Program-made: the position numbers and the translations under genes | Shown: in pieces, positions 26,087-36,516 of the stretch | How the letters are laid out: each line of letters opens with the position of its first letter | How positions within the stretch are numbered: the stretch's first letter is position 1 | NCBI GenBank assembly: GCA_964353775.1 | Contig: CAYGWB010000002.1 | Coordinates: 5,185 to 69,184, forward strand | DNA from: an uncultured archaeon | GTDB taxonomy: Archaea; Aenigmatarchaeota; Aenigmatarchaeia; Aenigmatarchaeales; JAHLMS01 | Length of the DNA: 64,000 nucleotides | Reading direction: 5' to 3' | Notes under the pieces: generated by a model | Seen by the model: only the letters and a program-made list of their open reading frames with translations | What the model was told of the DNA's origin: nothing | Database searches by the model: none

Positions 26087-28804
26087 ATGCTGACCAAAGA
26101 GGATTTACGGAAACCGGAGCATTTCGCGCTGGATTTTTTCAAGAAGAGCAAGCTGAAGCGCCACGTCTGCAGCAAGTGCAAGGTCGGTTTCTGGTCCGTC
26201 GCACCGAAAGACACGTGCGGTGAGCCGCCGTGCGTCAACTACGGGTTCCTTGGCTCGCCAATAATCCCGGGCAAGTGGGACATGGACAGCATGCGCAAGG
26301 CTTTCATCAATTTCTTCGAGAAGAACGGACACAAGGCGATAACACGCTATCCGATAGTATGCAGATGGAAGGCGGACACTTACTTTGTCGGCGCGTCCAT
26401 CTATGACTTCATGCCGTGGGTCATAAACGGGACGATAGAGCCGCCGGCGAACCCGCTGGTAATCAGCCAGCCATCTTTCAGGGCTCAGGACCTGGATAAC
26501 GTCGGTCTGGGAACGGCCAGGCACATGCTGATATTCGAGATGATGGCTCACCACGCCTTCAACTACACCGACAAGACGATCTACTGGAAGGACAGGACCG
26601 TCGAGCTCTGCTGGAAATGGCTGACGGAAGAGCTGAAAATCAAGCCGGAGCTGATAACGTTCAAGGAGAACTCCTGGGAAGGCGGAGGGAACGCCGGCCC
26701 GTGCTTCGAGGTGTTGGCTGCCGGAAACGAGGTCGCGACGCTCGTCTTCATGGAGTTCATCGGACCTGTCAACGGCGGATACACTCCGATGGAAGTCAAG
26801 GTCGTTGACACAGGCTATGGTCTTGAGAGGCATCTGTGGGCGGCGACAGGTGTTCCGACAATTTATGATGCGGTCTATCCGGACATCGTCCGATGGCTCG
26901 CGAGCAAGGCAGGCGTGCCGGAACCGGACCCGGAAGTGTTCTACGAGTTCTGCCAGTATGCAGGCAACCTGAACGTCGAAGAGGCGAACGTGGACCAGAT
27001 GCGGGAAATTATCGCGGCAAAGGTCGGAAAGAAGCTGGACATGGAACCGAGCGATGTGATCAAGATGCTCCTGCCTTATCACGCGATATACCAGATCGCC
27101 GACCATACGAAGTCGATAATGTTCATCCTGGCCGACGGAGTCGTGCCCAGCAACGTCGCGGAGGGCTACATACCACGTCTGCTCATTCGTCGCTGTCTGA
27201 GGAACCTGGTCGATATCGGACTGCCCGAGCTTCCGCTCACGTCCGTAATAGAGAAACACATGAAGAGCTGGCCGGAGTTTGAGAAGGTGAAGAAGGACAT
27301 GTTTGACATAGTCGATTCCGAAAGCGAAAAATATTCGGCAACACTGAAACGCGGCGCGGACATAGTCAAAAGGGCGGTTTCGGAAGCCAGGAAGACGGGG
27401 AAGAAGGAGCTGGACCGTGAGACGCTCATCCAGCTGTATGACAGCCACGGACTGCTGCCGAGGGACGTGAAGAAGTTCTCGGAGCTGCCGCTGGCAGACA
27501 TATCGGACATTGACACGCGCATCGCCGTCCAGAAGACGACCGTGACGTTGCCTGTTGAGAAGGCTGTTGTTAGTGTCAAAGGCGTCCCTGAGACAAAACT
27601 GCTCTATCATGATAACGAGAAGCTCTACGATTTCACGGCGAAGGTGCTGCGCATAATCGAAAAGAAGTGGGTCGTGCTGGACAAGACGGCGTTCTATCCG
27701 AGAGGCGGTGGTCAGGAGCCAGACCTAGGCACGCTCGGCGACCACAAGGTGTACGACGTAGAGAAGATAGGGAACGTTGTCGTGCATGCTGTCGAGAACA
27801 TCAGGTTCAAAGAAGGTTCGACAATCAAAGGTAATGTGAACGCCGCCAGGAGACAGCAGATCGCGAAGCACCACACGGCCACGCACATAATCAACGGCGC
27901 GGCCAGACGGCTGCTGGGCGAACACGTCTGGCAGGCCGGAAGCAAAAAGGACGTGGACAAGGCGCACCTTGACATAACGCACTACGCGCAGCTGACGGAC
28001 CAGCAGATAGAAGCTATTGAAAAATCCGCGAACGATGTGGTGAAAAAGAAGCTGAAAGTGTTGAAGCAGACGCTGCCGAGAGACGAGGCCGAGCGCAAGT
28101 TCGGATTCAGGCTCTACCAGGGCGGCGCTGTGCCCGGCAGGATGCTGCACACCATAGACATCAGCGGCTGGGACGTGGAGGCCTGCGGAGGCATACACGT
28201 CAACAACACGTCCGAAATCGGGCCGATAGTCATACTCAAAACAGAAAGAGTGCAGGACGGCATCGTACGTCTTATCTATGCCGCCGGGCCTGCAGCGGAG
28301 AAACACCTGAAAGAACGAGCGGATATACTGGACCGCTGCGCGAAGCTGCTGAAGGTGAAGGAAGGCGAACTGCCTGAGGCCGTCAAGAAACTTTTCTTGG
28401 AATGGAAGAAGGCACAGAAGAAGTACGCCGAGTCCGTGGAGAAGACGGCCGAGAAGAAAATGAACGAGCTGAAGTTCATGGAGGCCGGGAAAGTGAGGAT
28501 ACTGGTCGCTGAAATTTCTGGCGGCAATCCGATGCAGCTGAAGGAGATATCTAGAAGGATGAGCGGCGACGACACCGTCATCGTGCTTTTCGGCACGAGC
28601 GACAAGGTCTACGTGTTCGCTTCGGCCGGGCCTTCGGCAGTCAAGGCCGGAGTCGACGTTGGCGCGATAACCAAGGACGCCTGCACCGAACTGGGCGGTG
28701 GCGGCGGCGGACAACCAGCACTGGCACAGGGCGTCGGGACCAAGAAGGAAAAGCTGAAGTTCATTATCGGCGACATCAAGCTGCGGCTGATGCAGGGTGG
28801 TTGA
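26087..28804 (+). CDS. alaS: Alanyl-tRNA synthetase (archaeal type)
   Basis: N-terminal Zn motif, 'FEMMAHHAFN', 'DTGYGLER', editing 'HTATH...ACGGIH', DHHA1 'GGGGGG'. Confidence 0.97.
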   Translation: MLTKEDLRKPEHFALDFFKKSKLKRHVCSKCKVGFWSVAPKDTCGEPPCVNYGFLGSPIIPGKWDMDSMRKAFINFFEKNGHKAITRYPIVCRWKADTYFVGASIYDFMPWVINGTIEPPANPLVISQPSFRAQDLDNVGLGTARHMLIFEMMAHHAFNYTDKTIYWKDRTVELCWKWLTEELKIKPELITFKENSWEGGGNAGPCFEVLAAGNEVATLVFMEFIGPVNGGYTPMEVKVVDTGYGLERHLWAATGVPTIYDAVYPDIVRWLASKAGVPEPDPEVFYEFCQYAGNLNVEEANVDQMREIIAAKVGKKLDMEPSDVIKMLLPYHAIYQIADHTKSIMFILADGVVPSNVAEGYIPRLLIRRCLRNLVDIGLPELPLTSVIEKHMKSWPEFEKVKKDMFDIVDSESEKYSATLKRGADIVKRAVSEARKTGKKELDRETLIQLYDSHGLLPRDVKKFSELPLADISDIDTRIAVQKTTVTLPVEKAVVSVKGVPETKLLYHDNEKLYDFTAKVLRIIEKKWVVLDKTAFYPRGGGQEPDLGTLGDHKVYDVEKIGNVVVHAVENIRFKEGSTIKGNVNAARRQQIAKHHTATHIINGAARRLLGEHVWQAGSKKDVDKAHLDITHYAQLTDQQIEAIEKSANDVVKKKLKVLKQTLPRDEAERKFGFRLYQGGAVPGRMLHTIDISGWDVEACGGIHVNNTSEIGPIVILKTERVQDGIVRLIYAAGPAAEKHLKERADILDRCAKLLKVKEGELPEAVKKLFLEWKKAQKKYAESVEKTAEKKMNELKFMEAGKVRILVAEISGGNPMQLKEISRRMSGDDTVIVLFGTSDKVYVFASAGPSAVKAGVDVGAITKDACTELGGGGGGQPALAQGVGTKKEKLKFIIGDIKLRLMQGG

Positions 28805-28954
28805 ATGGAGATAGAACGGCTACGAAACAAGGACAAGATACTTCGCGAGGCCGCTGCGGCGATGAACTGCGAGCCTTCAGCGCTGCCGTCAATGATAGAG
28901 AAGTTCCAGAACGATATCGAAGGGACCAAGAAACACGCAAAGTCTACCCGATGA
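28805..28954 (+). CDS. 49-aa microprotein resembling the AlaRS helical/coiled-coil segment, absent from the ORF track
   Basis: MEIERLRNKDKILREAAAAMNCEPSALPSMIEKFQNDIEGTKKHAKSTR*; ATG directly follows the alaS TGA. Confidence 0.7.
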   Translation: MEIERLRNKDKILREAAAAMNCEPSALPSMIEKFQNDIEGTKKHAKSTR

Positions 28955-29405
28955 GATCGCACTGTTCTACCGGCTCGAAGAACAGCCAGCATATTTTTTC
29001 ATAAGCGTCGTTGTAGTCTATGCTTCCGTCAATCCTGTCTATCGTAGAGCCCTTAAGATAAAGGACCGGCACTTCCGTCACTTCGAACATCTCGGCAACG
29101 TCAGACCACTGTCCGATATCGACCTTCTCGATGACAAGCCCGCCTCCGAAATCATTGAACAGCGAGTCGACCGTATCGTTCGCATCAGGGCAGGCCGTGC
29201 AGTTCTCGGACCAGAAATATTTTGCAACGACCTTGTTCTGTTGCAGGAACGTCGCCTCGTCCGCATTGCTTAGCGGACCGTCGAACACCAGCTGCTGTCG
29301 CTGCGGCGTCACTTCTATGACGTTCATGAGTGCGAACGCGGCGCTGCTGCCAACGAAAATTATCAGCACGAAAAGCGCGAATATCTGATTCTTAGATATC
29401 TTCAT
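28944..29405 (-). CDS. Membrane-anchored thioredoxin-fold protein
   Basis: N-terminal TM, 'WSENCTAC', 'VTEVP'. Confidence 0.8.
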   Translation of the reverse strand: MKISKNQIFALFVLIIFVGSSAAFALMNVIEVTPQRQQLVFDGPLSNADEATFLQQNKVVAKYFWSENCTACPDANDTVDSLFNDFGGGLVIEKVDIGQWSDVAEMFEVTEVPVLYLKGSTIDRIDGSIDYNDAYEKICWLFFEPVEQCDLIG

Positions 29406-29686
29406 CTTTTCTCACTCAGGAAAATGTTTATTGCGGCCTCTAGGTTTTCCGGCCTCACCGCACCGACGAACTTGGGCTCATTCTCAATCAGTATCGTAGG
29501 AACGGTGCTGATGCCGAGCTTCTTTGCGCGCGAGGCGCCCGCCTTCGTATCTATCGATGTCTCGACCTGCTCGACCTTGCTGCCGAACTTGGCGCAGACC
29601 TCGTTGACCACTTTCTTGGCCGGCGGGCAGAACGGGCACGTATTCGAAACGAATATCTCGACCTTTATGGTTGGCATAGAAACCAT
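29402..29686 (-). CDS. Thioredoxin/glutaredoxin-like protein
   Basis: 'CPFC', 'VPTI', 'FVGA'. Confidence 0.9.
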   Translation of the reverse strand: MVSMPTIKVEIFVSNTCPFCPPAKKVVNEVCAKFGSKVEQVETSIDTKAGASRAKKLGISTVPTILIENEPKFVGAVRPENLEAAINIFLSEKR

Positions 29687-29741
29687 TATGGAAGGCGTGA
29701 TATAAATAACTTTTATTAGTCGGGACTGCGAGACAATAGGT

Positions 29742-31829
29742 ATGACGATTTCTCAGGTGCTCAAGCGGGACGGCAGAACGGTGCAGTTCGAACCGGTGCG
29801 TATCACCAACGCCATCTCCAGGGCGCTGTTCGACGCCGGCATCGCTGACGGGAAGAAGGCCAGACAGCTCACCAAGCAGATCGTGAGGCTGCTGGAGAAG
29901 AAATATACGAAAAGGGCTGTGGATGTCGAAACAATACAGAATTCGGTCGAGATTGTTCTGAGAAGGTGGAACAAGGACGTCGCGACCATATATGCCGAGT
30001 ACAGACGCAAGAAAGCCGAGATAAGACAGGCGCGCGAGACGCTCGGAATAGAGGAGAAGCTGACGTACAACGCGATGGCCGTGCTCGAGCGGAGATACTT
30101 GCTGCGCAACGAGAAAGGGAAGACAATAGAGACGCCGAGCCAGATGTTCAGGCGCGTGGCCAGAGCAATCGCCTCGGCCGAGAGCAAGTACGGCGGCGAC
30201 CCGAAAAGGTCCGAAGAGGAATTCTTCAGGATGATGTCGAAGCTTGAGTTCCTGCCGAACAGCCCGACAATGTTCAATGCCGGAATGCCGCTCGGCCAGC
30301 TGGCCGCATGCTTTGTCCTCCCGATCGAGGACTCGCTCGAATCCATATTCACGTCGGTCAAGAACACCGCACTGATCGAACAGAGCGGCGGCGGTGTCGG
30401 TTTTTCGTTCTCCGGCCTGCGGCCGAAGGGCGACATCGTCCGCAGCACCATGGGCGTCGCTAGCGGTCCGGTCTCGTTCATGCGCGTGTTCGACGTAGCG
30501 ACGGATGTAATAAAGGCGGGTGGCAAGCGTCGCGGGGCGATGATGGGCGTGCTTCGCGTCGACCATCCCGACATAGTTGAGTTCGTAACAGCGAAGCAGA
30601 GACCGAACTTTCTTTCAAACTTCAACCTGTCCGTGGCCGTCACGGACAGCTTCATGAAAGCCGTGCATGCGAACGGCAGCTACAACCTGGTCAATCCGCA
30701 CACCGGCAAGGCCGTCAGGAAAATGAAGGCGAGATACGTATGGGACATTATAGTCGAGAACGCCTGGAGGACGGGCGACCCTGGCGTTATATTCATCGAC
30801 GAAGTCAACAGGACGAACCCGACATCGCATACAGGCGACATCGCCGCGACCAATCCGTGCGGCGAGCAGCCACTGCATTCGTATGAGTGCTGCAACCTCG
30901 GTTCGATAAATCTGACGAAGATGCTCATGAAGACGGAAGGCGGTTACGACATCGATTGGAAGAAGCTCGAGCACACCGTGAAGCTGTGCGTGCGCTTCCT
31001 AGATGACGTGATAGATGTCAACAAATATCCGATGCAGCAGATTCAGATGGCTTCCGAGGGGAACAGGCGCATCGGGCTCGGTGTCATGGGCTGGGCGGAC
31101 ACGCTGATAATGCTCGGCATTCCTTATGATTCTCCGGCGGCGCTGAAGCTTGCGGAAAAGATAATGAGGTTCATCAATGACAACGGGCATCATGCGTCCA
31201 TCGACCTCGGAAAGTCGCGCGGAAATTTCCAGAACTTCAAGGGCAGCCTTTGGGAGAAAAGGGGATATCCGGCCATGCGCAACGCGACCGTGACCACTAT
31301 CGCACCGACCGGCACGCTGTCCATAATAGCCGGCGTGAGCTCGGGCATCGAGCCGCTGTTCGGCGTTTCGTTCGTCAGAAAAGTCCTGGAAGGCAGACGG
31401 TTGCTGGAGGTCAATGGTACGTTCGAACGGATGGCGAAACAGAACGGTTTCTACTCGACGGAGTTGCTGATGAAGATTGCGAAGAACGGGAGCGCCAAAG
31501 GAGTCAAGGGCGTGCCGAAAGAGATGCAAAAATTGTTCGTAACGGCGCTCGAAATCGGACCGGAGTGGCACGTTCGCATGCAGTCCGCTTTCCAGAGACA
31601 TGTCGACAACTCTGTCTCAAAGACCATCAACTTCCCTGCTAACGCGAAGGTCGGCGATGTGCACAAGGCATATGAGCTGGCGTACAAAATGAAATGCAAG
31701 GGCATCACGGTCTATCGTTACGGTTCGAAACCAGAGCAAGTCCTGTATATCGGACCGAAAGAGATGATGCAAGCCGAAGCTGAGTTCGCAGGCGGCTGCC
31801 CGACAAACCTCTGTCCGACGCCGAGCTGA
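29742..31829 (+). CDS. nrdJ: Class II (AdoCbl) ribonucleotide reductase with N-terminal ATP cone
   Basis: 'VLKRDG' ATP cone, 'PNSPTMFNAG', 'TNPCGEQPL', 'IAPTGT', C-terminal 'CPTNLC'. Confidence 0.95.
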   Translation: MTISQVLKRDGRTVQFEPVRITNAISRALFDAGIADGKKARQLTKQIVRLLEKKYTKRAVDVETIQNSVEIVLRRWNKDVATIYAEYRRKKAEIRQARETLGIEEKLTYNAMAVLERRYLLRNEKGKTIETPSQMFRRVARAIASAESKYGGDPKRSEEEFFRMMSKLEFLPNSPTMFNAGMPLGQLAACFVLPIEDSLESIFTSVKNTALIEQSGGGVGFSFSGLRPKGDIVRSTMGVASGPVSFMRVFDVATDVIKAGGKRRGAMMGVLRVDHPDIVEFVTAKQRPNFLSNFNLSVAVTDSFMKAVHANGSYNLVNPHTGKAVRKMKARYVWDIIVENAWRTGDPGVIFIDEVNRTNPTSHTGDIAATNPCGEQPLHSYECCNLGSINLTKMLMKTEGGYDIDWKKLEHTVKLCVRFLDDVIDVNKYPMQQIQMASEGNRRIGLGVMGWADTLIMLGIPYDSPAALKLAEKIMRFINDNGHHASIDLGKSRGNFQNFKGSLWEKRGYPAMRNATVTTIAPTGTLSIIAGVSSGIEPLFGVSFVRKVLEGRRLLEVNGTFERMAKQNGFYSTELLMKIAKNGSAKGVKGVPKEMQKLFVTALEIGPEWHVRMQSAFQRHVDNSVSKTINFPANAKVGDVHKAYELAYKMKCKGITVYRYGSKPEQVLYIGPKEMMQAEAEFAGGCPTNLCPTPS

Positions 31830-31833
31830 TAAA

Positions 31834-32352
31834 ATGGGCATGGTCTATCTCTACACGGGCGACGGCGCTGGCAAGACAACGGCCGCGCTCGGGCTGGCGC
31901 TGCGGTCTATCGGCTGGGGGCATAGGGTCATAATCGTCCAGTTCATGAAGAGCTGGAAGAACGTCGGAGAGTGGAAGGTTCAGAAGAGACTGAAACCCTT
32001 GTACGAGATACATCAGTTCGGACGCAAAGGTTGGGTCGATGTGTACAAGCCGGACCAGAAGAACATAGAAGCGGCGAAGAAGGGACTGGAGTTCGCAAAA
32101 GAAATTTTACAGAAGCGGTCGCCGGATTTGCTGATACTCGACGAACTGAACCTCGCTGTCGGTGCGAAGCTGCTGACAGAGAAAGAAGTTCTGAACGTGC
32201 TGAAGAAGATTCCGAAGAAGACGACCGTTGTTCTGACCGGCAGATGGGCAACTAAGGCACTCATCAAAAGAGCGGACTTCGTCAACAACATCAAGGATGT
32301 TAAACATCCGTACATCAAAGGCATACCTGCGGAAAAAGGAATACAATATTAG
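31834..32352 (+). CDS. cobO: Cob(I)alamin adenosyltransferase (CobA/CobO/BtuR)
   Basis: 'YTGDGAGKTTAALG', 'QFMK', 'ILDE', 'LTGR', 'KHPY..G..A.KGI'. Confidence 0.93.
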   Translation: MGMVYLYTGDGAGKTTAALGLALRSIGWGHRVIIVQFMKSWKNVGEWKVQKRLKPLYEIHQFGRKGWVDVYKPDQKNIEAAKKGLEFAKEILQKRSPDLLILDELNLAVGAKLLTEKEVLNVLKKIPKKTTVVLTGRWATKALIKRADFVNNIKDVKHPYIKGIPAEKGIQY

Positions 32353-33185
32353 TGATATCTATGACCGAAGGTTCCATCAAAAAATTCTATAACGAATCGG
32401 TGGCTTACGAATGGAAAAGAGTGATTCAGGATCCGTATCATAGGTTGGAATTCGATACGACGATGAAATTTCTAAAAAAGTATCTTCCTAGAAAAGGCTT
32501 GATACTGGATGCAGGCGGAGGGCCTGGAAGATACACAATCGAACTTGCAAAACGAGGTTATGAAGTTGTTTTGCTGGACCTTGCTCCGGTAAATCTCAAA
32601 TTCGCCAAGAGACAAATAAGAAAAGCGAAAGTACAGAACAGGGTCAAGGATATTGTTGAGGGTTCGATAACCGACCTGTCAAGATTCAAGAGCAACACAT
32701 TCGATGCGGTCATTTGCCTGGGCGGCCCGCTATCGCACGTGGAAGGCAAAGAGAAGCGGAACAAAGCGCTGTTGGAACTCATCCGTGTGGCCAAGAAAGG
32801 CTCTCCGATTTTTGTTAATGTATACAGCAGGCTCGGCGTCGTCATGGGCGCACCGAGATATTTTTCACACGAGATTGCAATGACCAAGCATTTCAAAGAG
32901 CTGTCCGAATGTGGAGAGGATTACATGTGGCGTCAGAAATACTATGCTCATTTCTTTTTGCCAGAGGAGCTGAAACAATTCTTTACTGGAAAGAAGGTCA
33001 AAGTTATTGAAACTGTGGGACTGGAAGGTATCAGTTCGAGATTCAGGGAAGAAATAAACAAACTTGCAAAGAACCCGAAGGCATGGAAGAACTGGCTTGC
33101 CGCCCACTACAAACTATGCACGCATCCGGCAATAGTCGCGACAAGCGAACACGTCCTAATTATTTCTAGAAAGATTAAGAAATAA
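32352..33185 (+). CDS. Class I SAM-dependent methyltransferase
   Basis: 'ILDAGGGPGRY', 'FDAVIC'. Confidence 0.9.
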   Translation: MISMTEGSIKKFYNESVAYEWKRVIQDPYHRLEFDTTMKFLKKYLPRKGLILDAGGGPGRYTIELAKRGYEVVLLDLAPVNLKFAKRQIRKAKVQNRVKDIVEGSITDLSRFKSNTFDAVICLGGPLSHVEGKEKRNKALLELIRVAKKGSPIFVNVYSRLGVVMGAPRYFSHEIAMTKHFKELSECGEDYMWRQKYYAHFFLPEELKQFFTGKKVKVIETVGLEGISSRFREEINKLAKNPKAWKNWLAAHYKLCTHPAIVATSEHVLIISRKIKK

Positions 33186-33196
33186 TTAAAAGCTGA

Positions 33197-33439
33197 TCAC
33201 TTCAACTGCTTTCCCGCTTTGTCAAAAATATGTATGACGTTAACCGGGCAGGCATCCGCGGCGTCCTGGTTGCATCCGACATCGTCGACATCCAGTTCGA
33301 AACTCTCGCCTTTCTGTTTTGAGCCCTTCAGCTCGGATTTTCCGTCAGGACCCATCCCCCAGAACTTGTCACATACTGCTGCGCAGGCCCCGCATCCGAT
33401 GCAGCCCGACCTGTCGTGTACTATCTTGAACTTGGCCAT
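33197..33439 (-). CDS. Ferredoxin (monocluster)
   Basis: CIGCGAC...CP. Confidence 0.93.
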   Translation of the reverse strand: MAKFKIVHDRSGCIGCGACAAVCDKFWGMGPDGKSELKGSKQKGESFELDVDDVGCNQDAADACPVNVIHIFDKAGKQLK

Positions 33440-33489
33440 GTAATCACCTGAAATAGAAATGGCGCTTTCGCTAATTAAAGGTTTGGTCG

Positions 33490-33723
33490 CTAAAGGTCGA
33501 GCGCGCCCTCGATGGCGTGCCTGTTGAAGCCGATTATTATTTTTCCGTTGATTTCCAGTATAGGAACGGTCATCGCGCCGCCGGATATCTCCACCATCTC
33601 CCTGGCGGCCGATATATCTTTCTCGACGTTCAGCTCCGTGAAATTTATCCCCTTGGTCTTGAAGAAATTCTTAGCGGTCACGCAGTGCGGGCAGTTTGTC
33701 GTTGTGAAAATGCGAACTGACAT
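33490..33723 (-). CDS. Glutaredoxin/NrdH-like redoxin
   Basis: 'CPHC', 'TVP', 'IIGFN'. Confidence 0.92.
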   Translation of the reverse strand: MSVRIFTTTNCPHCVTAKNFFKTKGINFTELNVEKDISAAREMVEISGGAMTVPILEINGKIIIGFNRHAIEGALDL

Positions 33724-33779
33724 TAGATTGCCTCCGTTTTTTAATCTTTTAAAGATTTATGTTGCCGCAAATATATTTT

Positions 33780-36512
33780 TCACGAGCAACCAGAAGTGGC
33801 CCCGCAGTTCAAACACTTGTAGCATGAGCCGCTTCGCACCATTATCGATCCGCAGAGATAGCATGGCGGAGCGTCGGACTGGCTTGTGAACGACCTGTGA
33901 AGGTCGAATTTCTCCGTCAGCCTCTTCTGCTTCGCTTCCGTGTCCTCTGGCTTCACTATCTTCGGCAGCTCGAGCGTCGTGCCGTTAATCGGTGCTATCA
34001 ACCCCATCGATTCCAGCTCCTCCGATTTCAGGAACTTGGTCGCGAGCCATCTAAAAATATAATCGACGATCGACTTGGCGAACCTGATGTCAGGGTTCTC
34101 CGTGACGCCGGACGGTTCGAACCGCATGTGGACGAACTTGTCGGCCAGAACTTTCAACGGCACGCCGTACTGCAGGGCCATCGAGACCGACAGTCCTATG
34201 CTGTCCATGAGGCCGGAAATAGTGCTGCCTTCCTTGGCCATCTTTATGAATATCTCGCCCGGTGCGCCGTCCTCGTAAAGGCCGACCGTTATGTAGCCTT
34301 CGTGTCCGCCAACGGCGAACTTGTGCGTGATCGATGCCCTCTCAGGCGGCATTTTGTGCCTGACGGTCTTCTGAACCTTCTTCTCGTCGATCTTGGATGT
34401 CATCAGCGGCTGTGATCGCTTGCAACCGTCGCGGTAGATGGCGATCGCCTTCAGGCCCATCTTCCATGACGTCATGTAGACGTCCGCTATTTCCGATTGC
34501 GTCGCCTCGTTCGGCATGTTGACCGTCTTTGATATCGCGCCTGAGATGAACGGCTGAGCAGCGGCCATCATCCTGACGTGGCCCATGTAGTGGATTGTCC
34601 GCGTTCCCTTGGCGGGCTTGAATGCGCAGTCAAAGACCGGCAGATGCTCGGACAAAAGACCTGGAGCGCCTTCTATAGTATCGTTCTTGTCGATGTGTTC
34701 GAGTATGTCCCTGATCTGGCCGTCCGAGTAGCCAAGGTTCTTCAGCGCTTCTGGAACGGTGCGGTTGACCATCTTTATCACTCCACCGCCGACCAGACGC
34801 TTGTATTTCACCAGAGCGATGTCCGGCTCTATGCCGGTTGTGTCGCAGTCCATCATGAAACTGATCGTACCTGTCGGAGCGAGCAGGGTTACGTTCGCAT
34901 TCCTGAAGCCCCATTTCTTTCCGGCATCAACAACGGAGTCCCAAGCCGAAGTGACGGACGCAAGCAGGTCGACCGGCACTCCTACGCTTCCTATCTTGTA
35001 AGAATAATCTCGATGCATGTTCATCACGTTCAGCATCGGCTGTTCGTTGTCCTTGTAGTGTTTGAACGTTCCTACCTCCTTTGCTATCACCGCCGACTGC
35101 TTGTAGGCCGCCGCTGTCATTAGCGCGGTCAGAGCGGCCGAGAAATTCCTGCCGGCTTCGCTGTCATATGCGAGCCCTCTGGACATGAGCAGAGCTCCCA
35201 GATTGGCATAACCCAGGCCGAGCGGCCTGAACTCCTTGCTGTTCCTTGTGATCAGCTCGGTCGGATAGCCGGCATTGTCGACTATGATCTCCATCGCAGT
35301 CAAAATTATGTCGATGGCGCGCTCGAAGGCAGCGATGTCGAACTCGCAGGTCGGCGTTCTGAACTTCATCAGGTTGAGCGAAGCGAGATTGCAGGCGCTG
35401 TTGTCGAGGAAGACGAACTCGGCGCACGGGTTGCTTGCGTTGATCCTTCCGCTGTTAGGACAGGTGTGCCAGCGGTTCGTCGTGCTGTCAAACTGCAATG
35501 CAGGGTCGCCGCAGATGTGCGCTGAGTCTGTTATCGCAGCCATTACTTCCTTCGCCTTGTAGTTGTCCGCCGGCTGTTTAGAAACGACATAGTGCGTCGT
35601 CCACGTCCCGTCCGTGTCGACAGCGCGCATGAAATCGTCAGTGACGCGCACGCTGTGGTTCGCGTTCTGGAACTGGACCGAATCGTAAGCTCCGCCCGCG
35701 ACATTGAAAGTGCCGTCGTAGCCTGCGTCTATCAGCGCCCAGGCCTTCTTCTCCTCCTCGGCCTTGCACTTGATGAACTCCATCACGTCGGGATGATCGA
35801 TGTTCATTATGACCATCTTCGCGGCGCGTCTTGTCTTGCCGCCGGACTTGATGACGCCGGCGAAGGCGTCGAAGCCTCGCATGAAGCTGACCGGACCGGA
35901 AGCCTTTCCGCCCGATGACAGCGTCTCCTTGGCGCTGCGCAGAGCGGAAACGTTGACGCCCGAACCGCTGCCGTACTTGAATATCATCCCCTCTTCGTTC
36001 ACGAGATTGAGTATCGAACGCATTTCGTCCTTGACTGAAAGAATGAAGCACGCCGAGCATTGCGGTTCCTTCTCTACACCGACATTGAACCAGACCGGAC
36101 TGTTGAAAGAGAGATACTGATTTATCAGCAGGTATGTCAGTTCCGACTCGAAGGTCGCGGCGTCCTCTGCTGTCGCGAAATATCCGCCCGACTGGCCCCA
36201 GCTCGCCACTGTCCGTGAGACGCGATCTATCATCTGCCTTAGCGACCACTCGCGGGCGGGCGTTCCCTGCTTTCCTCGGAAATATTTAGAAGCGACTATG
36301 TTGACCGCGGTCTGCGACCAGGACTTCGGCACCTCGACGCCCTTCTGTTCGAAGACAGTATCGCCCTTCTCGTTTATTATCGCTGCGTCGCGGATGTCCC
36401 ATTCGACCGACTCAAAAGGATGCACGCCCGGCTTTGTGAAGAAGTGTGCGAACCTCAGACCTTTCGGTCCGCCGTCCATTATCTCATGTACGATCTCGAC
36501 TTTGTCTGTCAT
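33780..36512 (-). CDS. nrdJ: Second class II ribonucleotide reductase (long type with C-terminal TSCPD/Zn-ribbon domain)
   Basis: 'FNSPVWFN', 'SGGKTRRAAKM', 'SNPCAE', 'APTGTI', 'RFEPSG', 'CYLCG..CLNCGATSGCS'. Confidence 0.95.
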   Translation of the reverse strand: MTDKVEIVHEIMDGGPKGLRFAHFFTKPGVHPFESVEWDIRDAAIINEKGDTVFEQKGVEVPKSWSQTAVNIVASKYFRGKQGTPAREWSLRQMIDRVSRTVASWGQSGGYFATAEDAATFESELTYLLINQYLSFNSPVWFNVGVEKEPQCSACFILSVKDEMRSILNLVNEEGMIFKYGSGSGVNVSALRSAKETLSSGGKASGPVSFMRGFDAFAGVIKSGGKTRRAAKMVIMNIDHPDVMEFIKCKAEEEKKAWALIDAGYDGTFNVAGGAYDSVQFQNANHSVRVTDDFMRAVDTDGTWTTHYVVSKQPADNYKAKEVMAAITDSAHICGDPALQFDSTTNRWHTCPNSGRINASNPCAEFVFLDNSACNLASLNLMKFRTPTCEFDIAAFERAIDIILTAMEIIVDNAGYPTELITRNSKEFRPLGLGYANLGALLMSRGLAYDSEAGRNFSAALTALMTAAAYKQSAVIAKEVGTFKHYKDNEQPMLNVMNMHRDYSYKIGSVGVPVDLLASVTSAWDSVVDAGKKWGFRNANVTLLAPTGTISFMMDCDTTGIEPDIALVKYKRLVGGGVIKMVNRTVPEALKNLGYSDGQIRDILEHIDKNDTIEGAPGLLSEHLPVFDCAFKPAKGTRTIHYMGHVRMMAAAQPFISGAISKTVNMPNEATQSEIADVYMTSWKMGLKAIAIYRDGCKRSQPLMTSKIDEKKVQKTVRHKMPPERASITHKFAVGGHEGYITVGLYEDGAPGEIFIKMAKEGSTISGLMDSIGLSVSMALQYGVPLKVLADKFVHMRFEPSGVTENPDIRFAKSIVDYIFRWLATKFLKSEELESMGLIAPINGTTLELPKIVKPEDTEAKQKRLTEKFDLHRSFTSQSDAPPCYLCGSIMVRSGSCYKCLNCGATSGCS

Positions 36513-36516
36513 TCAA

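Noticed and set aside
28801..29004. Track ORFs 28801-29004, 4257-4538 and 59678-59932
   Set aside because: Wrong frame or strand; better-supported small ORFs are 28805-28954, 4246-4377 and 59726-59899 (minus)
29742..36512. Inteins in the two RNRs or in the GlyRS insertion
   Set aside because: No C/S...HN-C/S/T splice motifs or LAGLIDADG blocks; lengths are normal
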